This document shows positions 27,591-41,246 of a DNA stretch of 64,000 nucleotides, piece after piece. The notes under the pieces are model-generated. The model had not been told where the DNA came from. It ran no database searches and saw only the letters and a program-made list of their open reading frames with translations. The DNA lies in the NCBI RefSeq assembly GCF_036321535.1, contig NC_087436.1:108564001-108628000 (forward strand), in the 5' to 3' direction. Within the stretch, counting starts at the first letter, position 1. Every line of letters begins with the position of its first letter. The translations under genes and the position numbers were made by a program. This DNA is from Camelus dromedarius (taxonomy: Eukaryota).

Positions 27591-30500
27591 TCTACCATGA
27601 CGTTAAAAACAAATGATTGAATCTCAACACAGTTAGAGAAGGATCATTTTGAAATAATAAGCTTCAAGTGGGTGGAGATATTTGCCTTTGCTCAGAATTA
27701 TTTCCCAAGTTCTTAGACCGGTGCCTGGCATATAATAGGCATTTAATAAATATGAATTGAGTAAATAAAAGAATATACATTTTATACAAAAGCCAACAGT
27801 AAGTATTCAACATAGTGTTAAAATAATCCAAAGAGAAAAATTCTTTCACCCAAAGTGCCCCATCTCTAAAGCTCTGGAGGTAGAAACTGGAATCAGTGGC
27901 AGGTAGCCCCAGCTTCCATTGTCATCCTGATTTCCCGAAGTCAGCATAATGTAAGAAGGACCCAGATGATGTGCTGTAGCTTCTCTTCACCTGTGTTCCC
28001 TTCTCCTTCCTCCCCATCTTCCACATAGCTCTGTTTTGAGTACCAGGTTTATCTCAAGATGCAGACAAGTGACCTGGAAGAAAGCCTTCACTAGACCCCA
28101 ACAGCGCTGGGATCCTGATCTCAGGTCTCCAGCCTCCAGAACTGTGAGAAATACATTTCTGTTGTATATAAGCCACCTTCTATTTTGTATTTTGTTCTAG
28201 AGCCCAAACAGACTAAGATAGCCTCTTATAGCCTCTTATACTGGATATTGGCATCTCAGGCTCCCATGCACAGATTTGCCAAAGTCTAGAAATGGGACGA
28301 ACTCCCACCCTATGGCCACCTAGGTGCCTTCTCTCAAGGAAAGCAATCGGGAAGGCTGGAGGGATCCCAGAGATGGCTGCTGCTTCCTCCCTCCTGCAGG
28401 GTTCACACCCCACTCAACACCTTCCCATTCTGCTCCCCTCGGTGTCAGCCTTTCCTCCTCTGTGTTTCTAAACCACACAAAGTGTTGGGTTGTCAGTGCT
28501 GACACACTGAATATCAACACTTAATTAACAAGCATACACTACTCTAGCACCTTTTACTAATTAATTTACCCCAAATTTAATTTCGTTTGCCTCTCAGTTT
28601 CTAAATTCTAACTAAACCTGCTAATTACTTTGTGCTAATTTTGCTACATTCTTCTAGAAAAAAGAAAAAAAAATCTTAAAGATATCAATTTTGGAAATAA
28701 AGAGGGACAGTGAATTCAATAAAAGACCTAGTTTCTGTTTAAGAAATGTAGGTTAGCTAGTAGGAAAAGACATTTTTAAAATTAAATATTCAGCCTTAAT
28801 AAGAAATAGTTTCTCTTGGTGTGTGGTTATGCCTTTTTTTAACCACTCAGACACTTATTTACAAATTGTAGAAATTCAAAAGAACCTCATTCTCACATCT
28901 AGGAAGTGATGAGTGAATTGATGTCTGGTTGGTTGGTGAGATGGTTCATGTGAAATGACTGGGGGGTGCACGACAGCATCTTCCCACCCACCCAGCTGGT
29001 TCAGCCAGGGGAGGGATGGGCATATGGTCGCTGTGCCGACTTCTGTGTTGCCTATATCTTATCCTATGTGTTTAATCTCAGTAAGGCATTTGTGCCAACG
29101 GCTCTGGGGCTTATAGGGAGACTAAAGTTCTCAAATCAAAATACTTCTCACCATTGTCATGCTGCCTCTTCCATGAGTGAGGCTCAGAGATCCTCCCTCA
29201 ATCAGAGCAAATGCGCTCTCTCCTCCAAACTTCCGAGTAGCCAACTCAAGTTAGCACCAGTCAGATACTGAACTGGACCAAAATATAACTTTATTTTCCC
29301 TTAACTGAACCTGATTCCTGTCTTGAACCCTCATTCTGTCTGTTGTTAAAAACAAAAACATAATTTCCAGGTAAATTCCGTTGATGGTGTGATTTTTCTT
29401 ATTTTCACAAAGGTGATTAAATTCATGATTTCATTCCTCTTTTGAGACTGAGGCTGAGGTCTAAGATTCTTACTCAAACACCACTGTGACACAGGCAGGT
29501 CATGTCTTTGCTTCCGTGGGTTGATCTTTCTGGGATGAATGCAGGTTCCAGTCACCCTCTCTGTCATTGTGCCTGCCACCTCCCTGAAGGCATCTTAAGG
29601 GGGAGGCAAGGGGACTTTAAGGAAACACATACAAGGAGGCTCACAAAATTCCAAAATTCCAAAACAGCCCTCCCCACCCTTACTCTGGAAACAAAGACTA
29701 AGAACAAATAGAGGTCATTTATTCAGACCTTGCTGTATCAAAAGAGTCACCCATCACTACTTGTGTTTGACGGTCACTCAACAGCAGGCAAACGAGTGGG
29801 AAAGCTTTGTAGTAAAAAGGGGAAAGCTTCAAATGTGCTCTGGTTGGAGGCTATCGGCATGGGAAAGTTAGAACTGGGCTAACTAGAAGCAAGGTATCCT
29901 CTACAACTGGTTCAAGAAGCATGTTTAGCTTCATTCTGGTTGGTTTTGAGTTGGAAACAAAGACAGTAGTTAGGGAAGCTGACAGTAATTGTCCAAGTCC
30001 TGTCTGTTCTAGGTTGATTTCTGCAGAGGTTGTTTTTTGGCTGCCTGTATTGGTTGCTGCATTATCTGAGGGACAGAGCTTCATTGTCATGCATGGTCTA
30101 GCCATCGTCTGTTTATGTATTCAGTTTCGCAGCCTTATGAGGAACACGTCGAACTATGTGAAGAAGGCAGTGGTCCTCAAGCTTTAGCACAATCAGATTG
30201 AATCACACACATTGAGAGAGCCACACATACACATTAATAAGCAAGTTAAAACTTCACAACTCATCCTGCCCCATTTGTCTGCATGTCCTCTCTCCAAGGT
30301 TATTAGCTCTTGGGAAATTTCTCTTAGTCATTTTATACTGTCAGTTTAGTGACTAATACATAGCAAATTGGTAGTTGACTGGTATTTATAGCTTTGTCTA
30401 GGGTCTTTTATCTGTATCTTTGAGTTGACTGTGACTAATAGAAAATATTTGGCTCCAGAGATGGCAATAAACCTCCTGTTGCTTAATCTGAGTGCTAACT

Positions 30501-32904
30501 GCTTAAAGTGCAGTGGTTGCCCACTCTGCAGCAAACACAAGGCAAGCAGGGACGACACATTAAGGAGAATAGGGTGAGGGAACTGGAGAACACAAAACAA
30601 AGAAATGGACAAAGGAGCCCGTGTGAACAGCTTAAGTTGGTTGGATGCGCTCCATAGCTTCCCGAGTGCGGTCTCTGTCCACGTGAAAGGGTACGTCGGA
30701 CGGAGATGGTCATTTACGGAATCCATTCACTGCCTCTCTCTGGGAAATCGCATTAACTCTTTGGCAAGTGGTCTCATCAGGGTAAATCAATTTTGACAAA
30801 ATCGGTATCATTATTTTCTCTGAGTGGCCAATTAAATGTTATTGTTATTTTTATGTAAATTGAACTTTCAGTCCATATGTTAAAAAATGGATCCTAAGGA
30901 GATAATGCATTAGATTGCCCATTAACTCATTTATTACCTAATTATGGTTAATAACTTGGTCTGTAAAGTGGTACTTATATGCTCAGGGGCATATTAGAGT
31001 CACCTAGGGAGATGAAAAAAAAATCTTTCTGCCTCAGCTACACCTCCGATCAATAAATCGGAAACTCTGGGAGAGGGGCCCAGGGCAGTTAAAACTCCTC
31101 AGGTGATTCCAGGGTCTAGCCAAAGTTGAAAGTTGCTGCTCTAGAATGAGGCTTCCTAGTTTAAATCCCAGCAATGCTACCAATAGCTGAGCAAGTTGCT
31201 TAATATGCCTGAGCCTCCATTTTCTCATCTGTGAAGTGGTGAAGGGAATAGAATCTACCTCAAAGGATTTAGAGAGGGTTAAGGGAGATAATACATGAAA
31301 ATTCTTGTCCTGTTCTTGACACATAATAAGTGTGTATTAGCTTTACTATTATTTTAATCAATCATAATGATATTATTATTCTATTATCATTAAGCCTTAT
31401 GAAAATACAGAGCTAATAAAATATAAGGGAATACTTAGCTAATTATAATACTGAGCAGGATTATATTTTATGCAGCTATGAAGATAAAATCATGTGCTAT
31501 GAGAAAAAGAAAGAAAGATGTAAAAGTAAGCCTATGGAAGGCATCATTGATGTAGGAACAATTTAATTGGGTCTCAGATCTTCTAATGATTTGATCTAGG
31601 AAGATGAAAATTTTATTTGTTAATAATTCAGTTGAAAACTTTATTTTAAACTGACCAAAAATAACTGATTGATTTTATTTGTGAATTCATTTTTGTTCTT
31701 GGTGGGGTGGGCATGCATGGGGCAGATGAGGATAGATTTAAATGTTGGGTCATAGTACACTTTTGGAAAATCCCAGAGGAGAAAAGCAAAATTGGTTAAG
31801 TTCTTAATGTACCTGGTTTCCTGGGTAAATAGGGACAAAAAACCACACTGAAAAGCCAAAATACTGCCATGTCCAGTTTTTTTCCTAAGGGAAACCCTTC
31901 TTACCCACAATCCCTGCCAAGAGAGATGTAATTGCCAATGACATTTTCTGCATAGTAGGTTGGTTCTGTCCATATATCTTTGTGATCAGACATCCGTTTG
32001 ACCAAAGCAGAGCAAATTATTCATGGGCAACAAATCTATGGCTGGAAAATAATCTTCCAGGTGATTAACTCTGAAAGCTTTGACCCACCAGGAATGACAT
32101 TGGTTGTAACAGAACCAAACACTTGCCTATCTTGGGAATGGGAAACCCAAGATAGGATGAACTACCTATAGCAAAAATTGTAAGATGAATGGAGGGAGTG
32201 GCAAAGATGGGTGAAAGCAGAAGCCGTGATGGATGGGAAAGCTACCCAGGGGAAAGGGTGATAGCTTCAGTTATCAGCGCAGCACAGGAGATAGGAAGTC
32301 ACAGTCATTCTACAGATGTAAGATCAGTGATTTCTACCTGCCAAGGAGGAGATGAAATATCTTGATGCCTAAAGATTCCCTTTTCAGTCTTTTCCAGTTC
32401 TGGAACGAGGTTGCTAGCCCTGCAAAATCTAGAGATGTTCCAGTGCAATCTGAAACCTGACTGCTTGAGATTTTCTTGCTTATTTCCATGTTTCCACAAA
32501 TGTCATTCCTTGTCCCCATGTGACAGGAGACAATGAGAATGCATCTCTGTTTTCTGTTTCGAAAATGAATGAATGAACCTCAGAAAACTAAAATAAGGAA
32601 AACCTTTGTCAAATGGAACCATAAAGGTTTCTTGGATTCCAAGAGTGGATGCTTATGGTCCAGGGGCTAACCAAGGTTTGTGGAATCTGACGTTTAAACA
32701 GTTTGGAGGACCCTCTTCAAGAAAAGGGATTTAAGTAATATTACCTGCTATATAAAAACACAGAGAATTAGATAGGGCCAGAGTAAGCAGGAAGACCTGA
32801 AGTTTCAGCTCCGTTAGCTTCATGATGACACTGGTCCGAAGTAGAGGGAGTAAGTGTAAAAAGGAAAATGAAGTATTCCAAACGTCATCTCGTTCACTGT
32901 TCAG

Positions 32905-34121
32905 CCAGGCCTGACCCTGGCCACAACTTTGGAAATTCTTGTTATTTATTGGCAGTAGTTCCTAAATGACTTTATGACTTCAGCAGTTGAATTGCACCCC
33001 CCCCCACACACACACTTTAAAGACTTTTGGTCACATGTGTGTCCTTTAAAAACTTCTATCTGTTAGAGTTATTATTAGACATCAAGGATTTGTTTATCTT
33101 GCAGAGGCTCTAATACATCTTATTTCATTCCAATGAAATATAACACTGATTGTAAAATGATTTTTTCCACTCACTAGTGGTAGCCCAGAATATCTTTACT
33201 AAGGTTTGTTTTTCTTTTTGGTACCCATTTATTCCCAAAGGCTAAAAATCCCATTTATTATTATTGATCTGTCTTTCAGAATAGTGCAGAAAATTTTTAG
33301 ATTAGATTGTTTCATCTTTACTTACTTTAGTTTTATAATTAAACTCCTACTGAAGCTGAATTGCCAAACATTTTAATAAGTACTGGAAAAATGTGTGTTT
33401 AGTCCCTTTTCTAGTATTGTGAAGCGACTTAAATGAATAAAAAATTTCTAAGTAGGGTTCCTTCTAGATAGAAAATTCATGTGTCTTTATTAGAAATTTC
33501 TAATAAATTCATTTTATTATGTTTAAAGCTTGTTCTCATTTATTCACTTAAAGAACAAGAATTTATTCAGAGCTTTCTATGAGTTTAATATTCTATTTTC
33601 AGGTAAAAAGACAAATTGTGTATACACATGAAGGGGAAATGAAGAAATTAAACAATTGGCAGAGTAATCTTGGTCCTGATTTGTACTTTTGCTTGCAACT
33701 TAGAAAACACTGATGAGTTGTGCTTGTTTATTTAAAATTAGTCATTTGGATAATTGCATTGGCTCAGAGAAGAGTAGAATCCATGCTGGGAAAGGCAAGG
33801 AGGGGGTTCTATGTTGGTCACAAGAGCTTCTGTCCAATTACTTTATCATATTCTGAAGCTGGGAAGATAGTTTTACAGATTATGAGAGAGAGCTGATAAG
33901 ATTTAATTGCAGATAGTGAACAGGCTACAGATGACTCTGGCCCATCTCAAACTCCTGGTTTCTCCACTGTAGCCTAATCAATGTGACCAACCTAAAGAAA
34001 GGGAGAAAAACGCAATTCTAGACTTAGATCAAAATGGACTAACTGTTTTTTTTATGGAAGAAGGAACTAATTATGAAATATTAAAGTTAAGTCAAATGTC
34101 CCATTTCTTGATATGGTTCAG

Positions 34122-34189
<68 letters not shown>

Positions 34190-37100
34190 ATGGATGTTGG
34201 GTAGGATAGGAGGAACGCTATTAGAATAACCAAAGTAGAGTCAAGAACAAGCCACAGTGTTGTAGCCTAGCTGAAGAGGTTCTTATTAGAAAAGTCTGCC
34301 AGTATAAAACTAAAAAAACCCTGAGGATTAGAATTTTGAAATCATGTAAGTTTTCAGAATAGGGGAGTAGTAATATAAGAATGATTTTTAAAAGGATGTT
34401 GATTTGATTGAATGAGTTGTAAAGCTAGAAAGCCAATTAAGGTTGAGAATGCCACCTTGCATATTTGTTTTTGTCCCATCTTTACTTAAAAAAAAAAAAA
34501 CAAACAAACACTAATTTGGATGTTACCTGTTCAATATTGAGCTTTGGTAAAAATTCTCCTGTCTTACACATGCTTGAATTCAATCCCAGCAGAGTTCCAT
34601 ATGCCCACACATATGCTGGAACCATGTAATTGTTTTCAGCACTTAAAGGAGACATGTTGATCAATTTCTCCCCCAAAAGTAGAGCAAACTGTGATCATAG
34701 ATCCTTGAGTCCAGCTTAGGCCCCAGAGAAGCTAACTGAAGTGTTTCTTCCAGTCTCTTCCATTGAGAACATCTTCCCCTTTCTTCCAAAATAGATTGAA
34801 TCTGCCCTTTATATTTCACTCAGCCTTCAAAAGAGAAAAGTCAAACCATAAACAAGAAAAGAGGAATCATTTTGTCAGCTGAAGCAGGCAAGGAAATGAC
34901 TTTCCCTGCTGTTTGCCTCGGCTGAATTACAGCCCCGCGTCTGTGTGAAATCCAGCTTGATGAGATTTTCTTTGTCACTGTTGCTGAAAGGGCCTGTTTC
35001 TTGGGGGTCCTACGTGGAACTATATTGTGCTGTTGTCACCTGCAACACTTCTCCTCTCCGCGTGTGGTCAGCAAGCCTCATTTCCCACCATCCTTTTGCA
35101 ACTCCTCTGTACATGATCAGATACGTATTTCCCTTGAGTTTGGACTCAGTGGAATAGATATTGTCAAACTTGTCAAAAATCTTATTTGTATGTTTTAAGT
35201 ATTGGTAGCATTTACAGAATAGCATAAAGTATAGAAGGGCTTACAACCTGGGACACATTAGAAAGAAGACACACTCAGATCTCAAAAATGGTAGCAGAGC
35301 GACTATTTTGGTATCAGTGGGATGAGACTGTTTTTCTTCCATGGCTGTTAGAGCAAAAGGAAAAAAGAGGAAGAAAATTTATACCACCCCCTCGGGGCCA
35401 GATGAATGTGGAGATGAGCTTCCCTTTCCTGTTTTCCTAATTAATCTGAGGCCAATAGTCACAGGTTGTGTTTAGGGGACTGGGAGGCAGTCTTAGTTTC
35501 TCTCGATGACTGAGAAGGAGACGCAGGCCTGGTGAAGTTCAGGTGGCTGTGATTCAAACCTCAGCGATTCAGGAACCATTCGCCAGCAGACAGTCAGAAT
35601 CAAGAATCACAACATTGATTTGTAACTTGAGATCTCTTGATTATAAACAAAACCTTCTCTCCCGTCTTCGTCATGTGGCAGGCAGTCTGTCTTCATGTAT
35701 TGCTGCTTCTAAAGTGGCACAAATGCTTCTCCTTACTCAGAAGATGTTGGAAGTCTGGACCTCCCATTCCTGGCCCACTGTGTATCACCTCCACCTTTGC
35801 CCACAGGCAAAGTGGGGAGCAGTGGACTCGTGTACCCAGTCTTGCTTCTGCATTGGAATGCCAACGTGATGTTGTCAGGATTAAAACCCCAAAGTCCAAC
35901 AGTGTAGAAAGTTCACAGGTAGTCAGGGCAAGATTTTAAAGGATGTGGATCTTCAGATCCCTCTAGTACCTGCTTTTCTCCTAGTTCATTTTATACTTTC
36001 CACTCCCATCCTAAAAGATAGCTAGTATCTTAAACTCTACTACAAGCTTAATTTCCTCATGATTCTCAGTCCATCACGACTGCAGACAGATGGGTGGATA
36101 GAAAGAAAGAAAGAGAGAGAGAGCTTTGTTGTTGTTTGTTTTTACTTTGTTTTATGTAGGAAACTTTATTTCTGTTTCAATCCTTCATTCCACTATGTAT
36201 CAGAAATGTGATTCCATTGAATTGGCATGTTCCCTCCTCCCTTTCCTTTCTCATGGACCTTATATAGTGCAAGGACCTGGTGGGGGCTTATGGGCATAGG
36301 GTGGGCATGTGGATCCTGTCTGGGTCTTCACCACCTGTCTGCACTGTCTGCACTGTGTTCTGCCTCACTTCTGCCTATAAGACCTCTTCTTGTCTGTGGT
36401 TCTCTGAGCCACCCCACCCCACCCCATAACTGCATGTACACAGGAAGTAGTCTGCTGCTCCTGAACCCCTGGCGGGCTATCATAAACCCATTCTCAGTCC
36501 CTTTTAGGCTTCATGTAACTCCTCTGGTGCCACAGAATCTGGAAGCTGAGAGACTGATTCTGACCAGTCCATAGGTAACCCCTGGCAGGAGATTTTTCTG
36601 TCCCCACTTGTGCCAAGCGAGGAGAACCCCAGGGGAGTGCTGATTCCCTGAATTTTACTTGAAGGTGAGGTCACATCCCCCCATACCTCATTCCTTAGAC
36701 CTGTCTGGGATTTATACTGTCCCGCTTACCTCCCCACCTTTGAATTCAGTCCTATGGAATCTTGACCTTGTAGGCGAATGGGAGTGGAGTGCAGGTAAAC
36801 ATTCCTCTAATCACATATTCTGCTAAATCTTTTGTCTATGCTGCAGACTAGCTATTTGAAACTCAAAACCAAGGATCATTTCTTTTGTTCTCTCTTTCTC
36901 CTATGTTGTCTCTTCTCTGGCTGCTGCTGAAAGCAGGGAAACATCTAGGGATAATGAAATGCTGGGAATGAAAATCAGAATTGATTAATAAATCAAGATA
37001 CTACCTCTCTGTAGCAGTTACTAAGATACTAGCAAATTAGAGCCATTTGAAAATTCTGATGGTTGGAATCATTTTAACACAAAAAGCCCATCAGACTCAA

Positions 37101-37440
37101 AGGGGCAAAAAAAGGTAACATTTCATTGTAATTACTTTGTTCTATGATGTGCATTGTGTAAAGAAATGAAAATATGTTAATAATTCCCCTTAAGTTTCAA
37201 AACAAACTTGCAAGGTATATAACTATTGTTCCTAATTTAGAGATGACATACTTGAGGCTCAGAACAGGGAGGAGTTAGCTTCAGGTCACACAATTAAAAT
37301 GTGTTACATATGAATTAAATGTCAGATCTGTCCACTGGGCTTCACAGTGTGAGCTCCTTCCCCGGTGCCACAACGAGTAAATGACTAAGTTACATCCATT
37401 TCAACGGGGCAAGTTATATTGGAAGCAGTAGCAAATAACT
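32905..37440 (+). pseudogene. DHC_N2 / linker exon remnants (approx. 32905-33145, 33280-33450, 33604-33774, 34188-34345, 34510-34620, 35060-35204, 35275-35380, 36840-37180, 37395-37440)
   Basis: QLWKF..*MTL*LQQLN; LELLLDIKDLFILQRL*YIL ~ LPLL.DL....L..RHW..L; YT*RGNEEIKQLAE ~ YIL.G.DEI...LED; KPHFPPSFCNSSVHDQIRISLEFG..VKNLICMF ~ KR..FPRF.F.S..DLL.IL..G..V..HL.K.F; ATILVS-DETV..VRAKG ~ M.S.EGE.V...V.A.G; D*LFETQNQ ~ W.F.YPAQ; FNGASYIGSSSK ~ F.YGYEYLGNS.R. Confidence 0.7.
34123..34187. repeat. Long perfect (TG)n microsatellite, about 32 units
   Basis: Directly visible. Confidence 0.97.
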
Positions 37441-37891
37441 TTTTAAGATGAGGTTGTATTTCATTTTGTGAACTAATATTTATTGGACATTATTGTGTGC
37501 ATAACATTGTCAGATAACGGAAGGAAGATAGTTATAGGACACCGTCCTTGCCATGAGGAGTCTCATAAAAAAGTGACAGAGACAATATGGAAAGGACACA
37601 GGTAACATGCTATGATAGGTGCTGCTATGATGATACAAGTTTGTGAAGCAAAGAGAAACTGATCCTGAGTTTTACGTGGGTGGCGGTGGCGCACAAAGAC
37701 GTCTTTGCAGAAAAGGTTACTATTGAGCTCTCTTGAACAAGAGAGCTCACTACGCAGAAAGAGGGAAGGGTGTGTGTGAAGCCTAAGAGCTGTGAAGCCA
37801 TGGGGTATTAAACGCATTGTCAGGAGTATCTAGTATGTATTTAATAATATTAATTAATAATATTAATAAATGTTCTTAATTATATTCTTAG

Positions 37892-40245
37892 CATCTTGTA
37901 ACATTTTTTCTGGCATTTTCTAACATTTGCCCTGTATTTTTAAGTCAATGCCGGTATCTACAGTGGCACCAACATGGTACAAGGCAGTGGGCACAAGAGA
38001 ACAAGCTCATGTGGTTCCCAAGGGTCTTCTGTGAGTTACTGAGAAAAAGGCAAGAAAATCAGTCCCCTCATAGGGAACTGCTACTTAGAGATGAAAGGGA
38101 TCTTAGAAAATTTTTAGTTCAGTGTTTCTGAAACTTCAGTAAAGTACAAGCCTACTTGTAAAGGAGAAAATTCTCTAGAATATCATCTATGAAACTATAT
38201 TTGTTAAAATCTTGTTTAAATTTGTACAGAGAGAAAACAAAACTCTTTATGTTTACAGATCTTAAGCAACCAAAAGCCTGAAACTCATTTATAGATGAAA
38301 TGCTTTAAGCAAAACTACAAGGCCAGAGAAATCTGAAATAACTGGCATTAATGTGACAGAAGGTTATAGTACTGACTGCCAAGAGTAGGTTCAAGTCTGA
38401 CATGTTTGTTGCCATAGGTCGTGTATTAACTCAATTCTTCTGTCATTTTCTCCTCCCAAACTCCAGTCAGCCTTCAGTGGTACAGTGAGCTGTGATGATG
38501 TTTAAGCTTCCTTGTTATGGACGCATTATTTATATATGTCTGCTTCTCTCCAGCCTACCAGCCCGCAAGTAAAGTGGCATTACCAAGGTGATCATAAAGA
38601 TTGAAATCAGATGACCAAATTCAAGTGGTCATCCTGATGATGCAGATTACGATTTTATTTATTTTTTGGCACAATCATCAAAATAAAAGCCCCAAATCTG
38701 AAATTCTCATTTAAAAACAGCAAAACCAACAAAACTCCTGGAGACCTAAATTCTAATCTGATTACTTTATTTCAGAGATGGAGCTATAATAATAGATGTC
38801 AAATTTTTTTATTTATTTTTTATTGAGGTAGCGTTGGTTTATAATATTATGTAGGTTTCATGTGTATAACATTATGTATCTAGTTCCATGTACCGTTCAG
38901 TGTGCTACCCCTTGGCCCTTCTCCTCTGATGACCACTGCTCTGTTCTCTACATCTGTTTCTTTTGGTTTTGTTTGATTTGTTTACTTATTTTGTTTTGTT
39001 TGTTTTTTGTATTCTACAAATTAGTGAAATCATACTCTCTTCTTCTGACCCATATCTCTTGGCATAATACCCTCAAAGTCTACCCATGTTGTTGCACATG
39101 GCAAAATTCCAACTGTTTTTATAGCCATATAGCTCTTTGGGTATGTATCCAAAGAGCATAGAGCATATATCTTTTGAAAAGATGCACCCCTGTGTTCATC
39201 ACAGCGTTCTTTACAGTAGCCAAGATATGGAAGCAACCTAAATGCCCACTAATGGATGAATGGATAAAGAAGATGTGACATATATATAATATGATTCAGT
39301 ATTTGACCCCAAACTGCATACTTAATAGTAGACCTGGAACTACATCTGGAAGACCTCATTAGGTTACAGGATGTTTGGTGTCTTCCATAATTGATGAATT
39401 TGTATATTTTACACAACAATATAGAGATATGAACACTATCATCTGTTTTCCTTACATATTGTCCCTTAAAAAATATAACTGCTTGCTTACTTCAGAAAAA
39501 AGTAGTTTCAAAGAAGTAAGCAGTGAGTTTCTAAAAGCAGCTGAGATCAAAAGGAGGGAAGACTGGAGGGAAACAACACAGAGAGGACAGTAGGGAAAAA
39601 ACACATTTCAAGCTGCTCCAGAAAAACTTGGCTACATTGAAATTTTGTGGGAAATACATCTGAATTATGTCTTATCTGATTTAAGACCTCGTTAGATATG
39701 AAAAACAGTGGGGTAATTAAGAGAAACCCCCATAATTATCCTGTCCGCTATCTACTGAGGATAAAGTCAGCAACCAGTTTGCTTGGGTTTGTATGTATTA
39801 CCTCATGCAGCTCTCACCAAATCCCTCTGGGAACATAAATGTATCTACATTTTATGGATGAAGGAACTGAATCTCAGAGAAATTATGTAATTTGCTCAAG
39901 ATCATAAAGCTAGTAAAATGGAAAAGCTGTTATTTAAGTCAAAGTTCACTTGACTCCAAACCATCGTTCTGTTTCCTCATAATCTATCTACAACTGTTTG
40001 ATAATATTTCAGTAGCCCTACAAATAAAATGAGTCTTCAAATGCTATATTGCAGCAATGAGCAAATTTATACTGAATAAAAATAAATATTTAATAAAGGA
40101 AAGTTGTTACACTATTTTTCTTTTTTCCTATTAGTTCATCTGTGGATTGATTGACTCAGGTTTTTCAGATTGCTGGTACCTTACAAGGAATATATTGTAG
40201 AAAGATAACAAAGTGAGATTAAAAAGAGAAATTAATAACTGCAGG
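37892..40245 (+). pseudogene. AAA1 exon remnants (37892-38030, 38418-38484, 38554-38775, ~39315-39515, ~40012-40090, 40135-40245)
   Basis: HLVT..L...C...LSQ then VAPTWYKAVGTREQAHVVPKGL in exact register with [31 protein letters not shown] ~ G..V.VFNC; KWHYQGD-RLKSDDQIQVV ~ AW.CFDEFNRI..EVLSVV; DLNSNLITLF ~ ELPDNLK.LF; VDLELHLE..EFVYFTQQYRDM..YILSLKK..LL ~ PDFELICE..KF..LY.LCKEL..YDWGLRA..VL; GLIDSGFSD-LVPYKEY..LQ ~ GII.DLFPG..P..DY..LQ. Donors gtgagt (38031, 40246), gtaagc (39516). Confidence 0.8.
38803..39290. mobile_element. L1 3' insertion with internal inversion
   Basis: Antisense 3'UTR at 38803-~39125 joined to sense L1 sequence (gggtatgtatccaaag...ggaagcaacctaaatgcccac...gatgaatggataaagaagatgtg). 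Confidence 0.8.
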
Positions 40246-41159
40246 GTGAGTCTCTGTCTCAGAGGGACTTTCGCATGGTTGAAGGTAATTGGAGAGAACA
40301 GCAAATATTCTGTGAGCCAACAAAGGCAGCTTTGTTTACAGCCCCTATTGTTCTCAAAGAAAGTGCATTATGCTTGAAGATTTTAGTAGGCTTTTATTCA
40401 GATTTAAAATCAGAGCCAAAAATTGAACTAAGGACTCGGGAATATTTTATGTATCACTTAAAAGAAATTGATTTATTATTGATTAGGAAGTCACAGAACC
40501 CCCTTGAGTTAAACTACACTGAAAACTTCCAAATGTGTATTGTCAGTCCAGAATCCTATATTGAGTTGCATGCTGGACAACTCCAGTTCAGGTGGGTGAG
40601 GTCCTCTTAAATTCAGTATGTCCAAGACTGACCTCATTAGCTCCCACTCCATACTCCAAACCTGCTTTTCCTCTAAACTTTCTCTCACACATAGTCCATG
40701 CCCTATTGCCCTTAGATGATAATAGATCATGGATACTTAATATTTCAGTTTATAGATAATACAATAGTTCTTTTATTCCTCCATCTATACAACAGATGTT
40801 TATTGAACATCTATTATCTGTCAATCAGCAGAGCCAATTCAAATTTCTGCCTTAGCAAATGCAGCATGTGAAATAATGAGATACAGGTGAACATTTCTTT
40901 CTTATATTCTACAAAGGCTACACATATTAGTTTTAAAAATCAAATGCCAAAAACTCTATATTGTATTACATTATCCTTTGTCAACCTCTCTTCTGGAGGG
41001 ATTTTCTAATTCCAATCCATGAGGGTATATAAAGGCAATGGTCTGCAAACGATGGTCTGCAACAGGCTCGTTTTTGTGAATTAGGTCCACTTGAACCCCC
41101 TGGCCCTGGCCTTCTTTTGCACTCCCATCTTTCTACTTCCCTTAGCTTTCTTCTATCTC

Positions 41160-41246
41160 TTTTTCATTTTAATTGGAGACACTGATGATTGAACCCAAGA
41201 CCTCATGCATGCTAAGCATGTGCTCTACCACTGAGCTATACTCTCC
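41160..41246 (-). mobile_element. tRNA-Ala-derived camelid-type SINE (Vic-1-like)
   Basis: Reverse complement GGAGAGTATAGCTCAGTGGTAGAGCACATGCTTAGCATGCATGAGGTCTTGGGTTCAATC with A and B boxes, followed by an A-rich tail. Confidence 0.85.

Larger units (their letters stand above)
25590..32660 (+). pseudogene. Dynein tail exon remnants (approx. 25590-25700, 30440-30781, 31730-31815, 32590-32660)
   Basis: FILHKRSWKTEAKPRLERL ~ F..Y..LW..D....L..F; 30440-30781 is a ~114-codon frame with one stop (LAPEMAINLLLLNLSANCLK...FTESIHCL) ending at AGG|gtaaat; IDLNVGS*YTFG; KENLCQMEP*RF ~ EELF.L....Y. Confidence 0.45.

Noticed and set aside
30720..30960. TAAT-rich block resembling a developmental enhancer
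   Set aside because: It overlaps a dynein tail exon remnant and its intron; motif density is unremarkable in AT-rich DNA.
41175..41246. tRNA-Ala gene
   Set aside because: Mismatched stems and an A-rich tail indicate a SINE.
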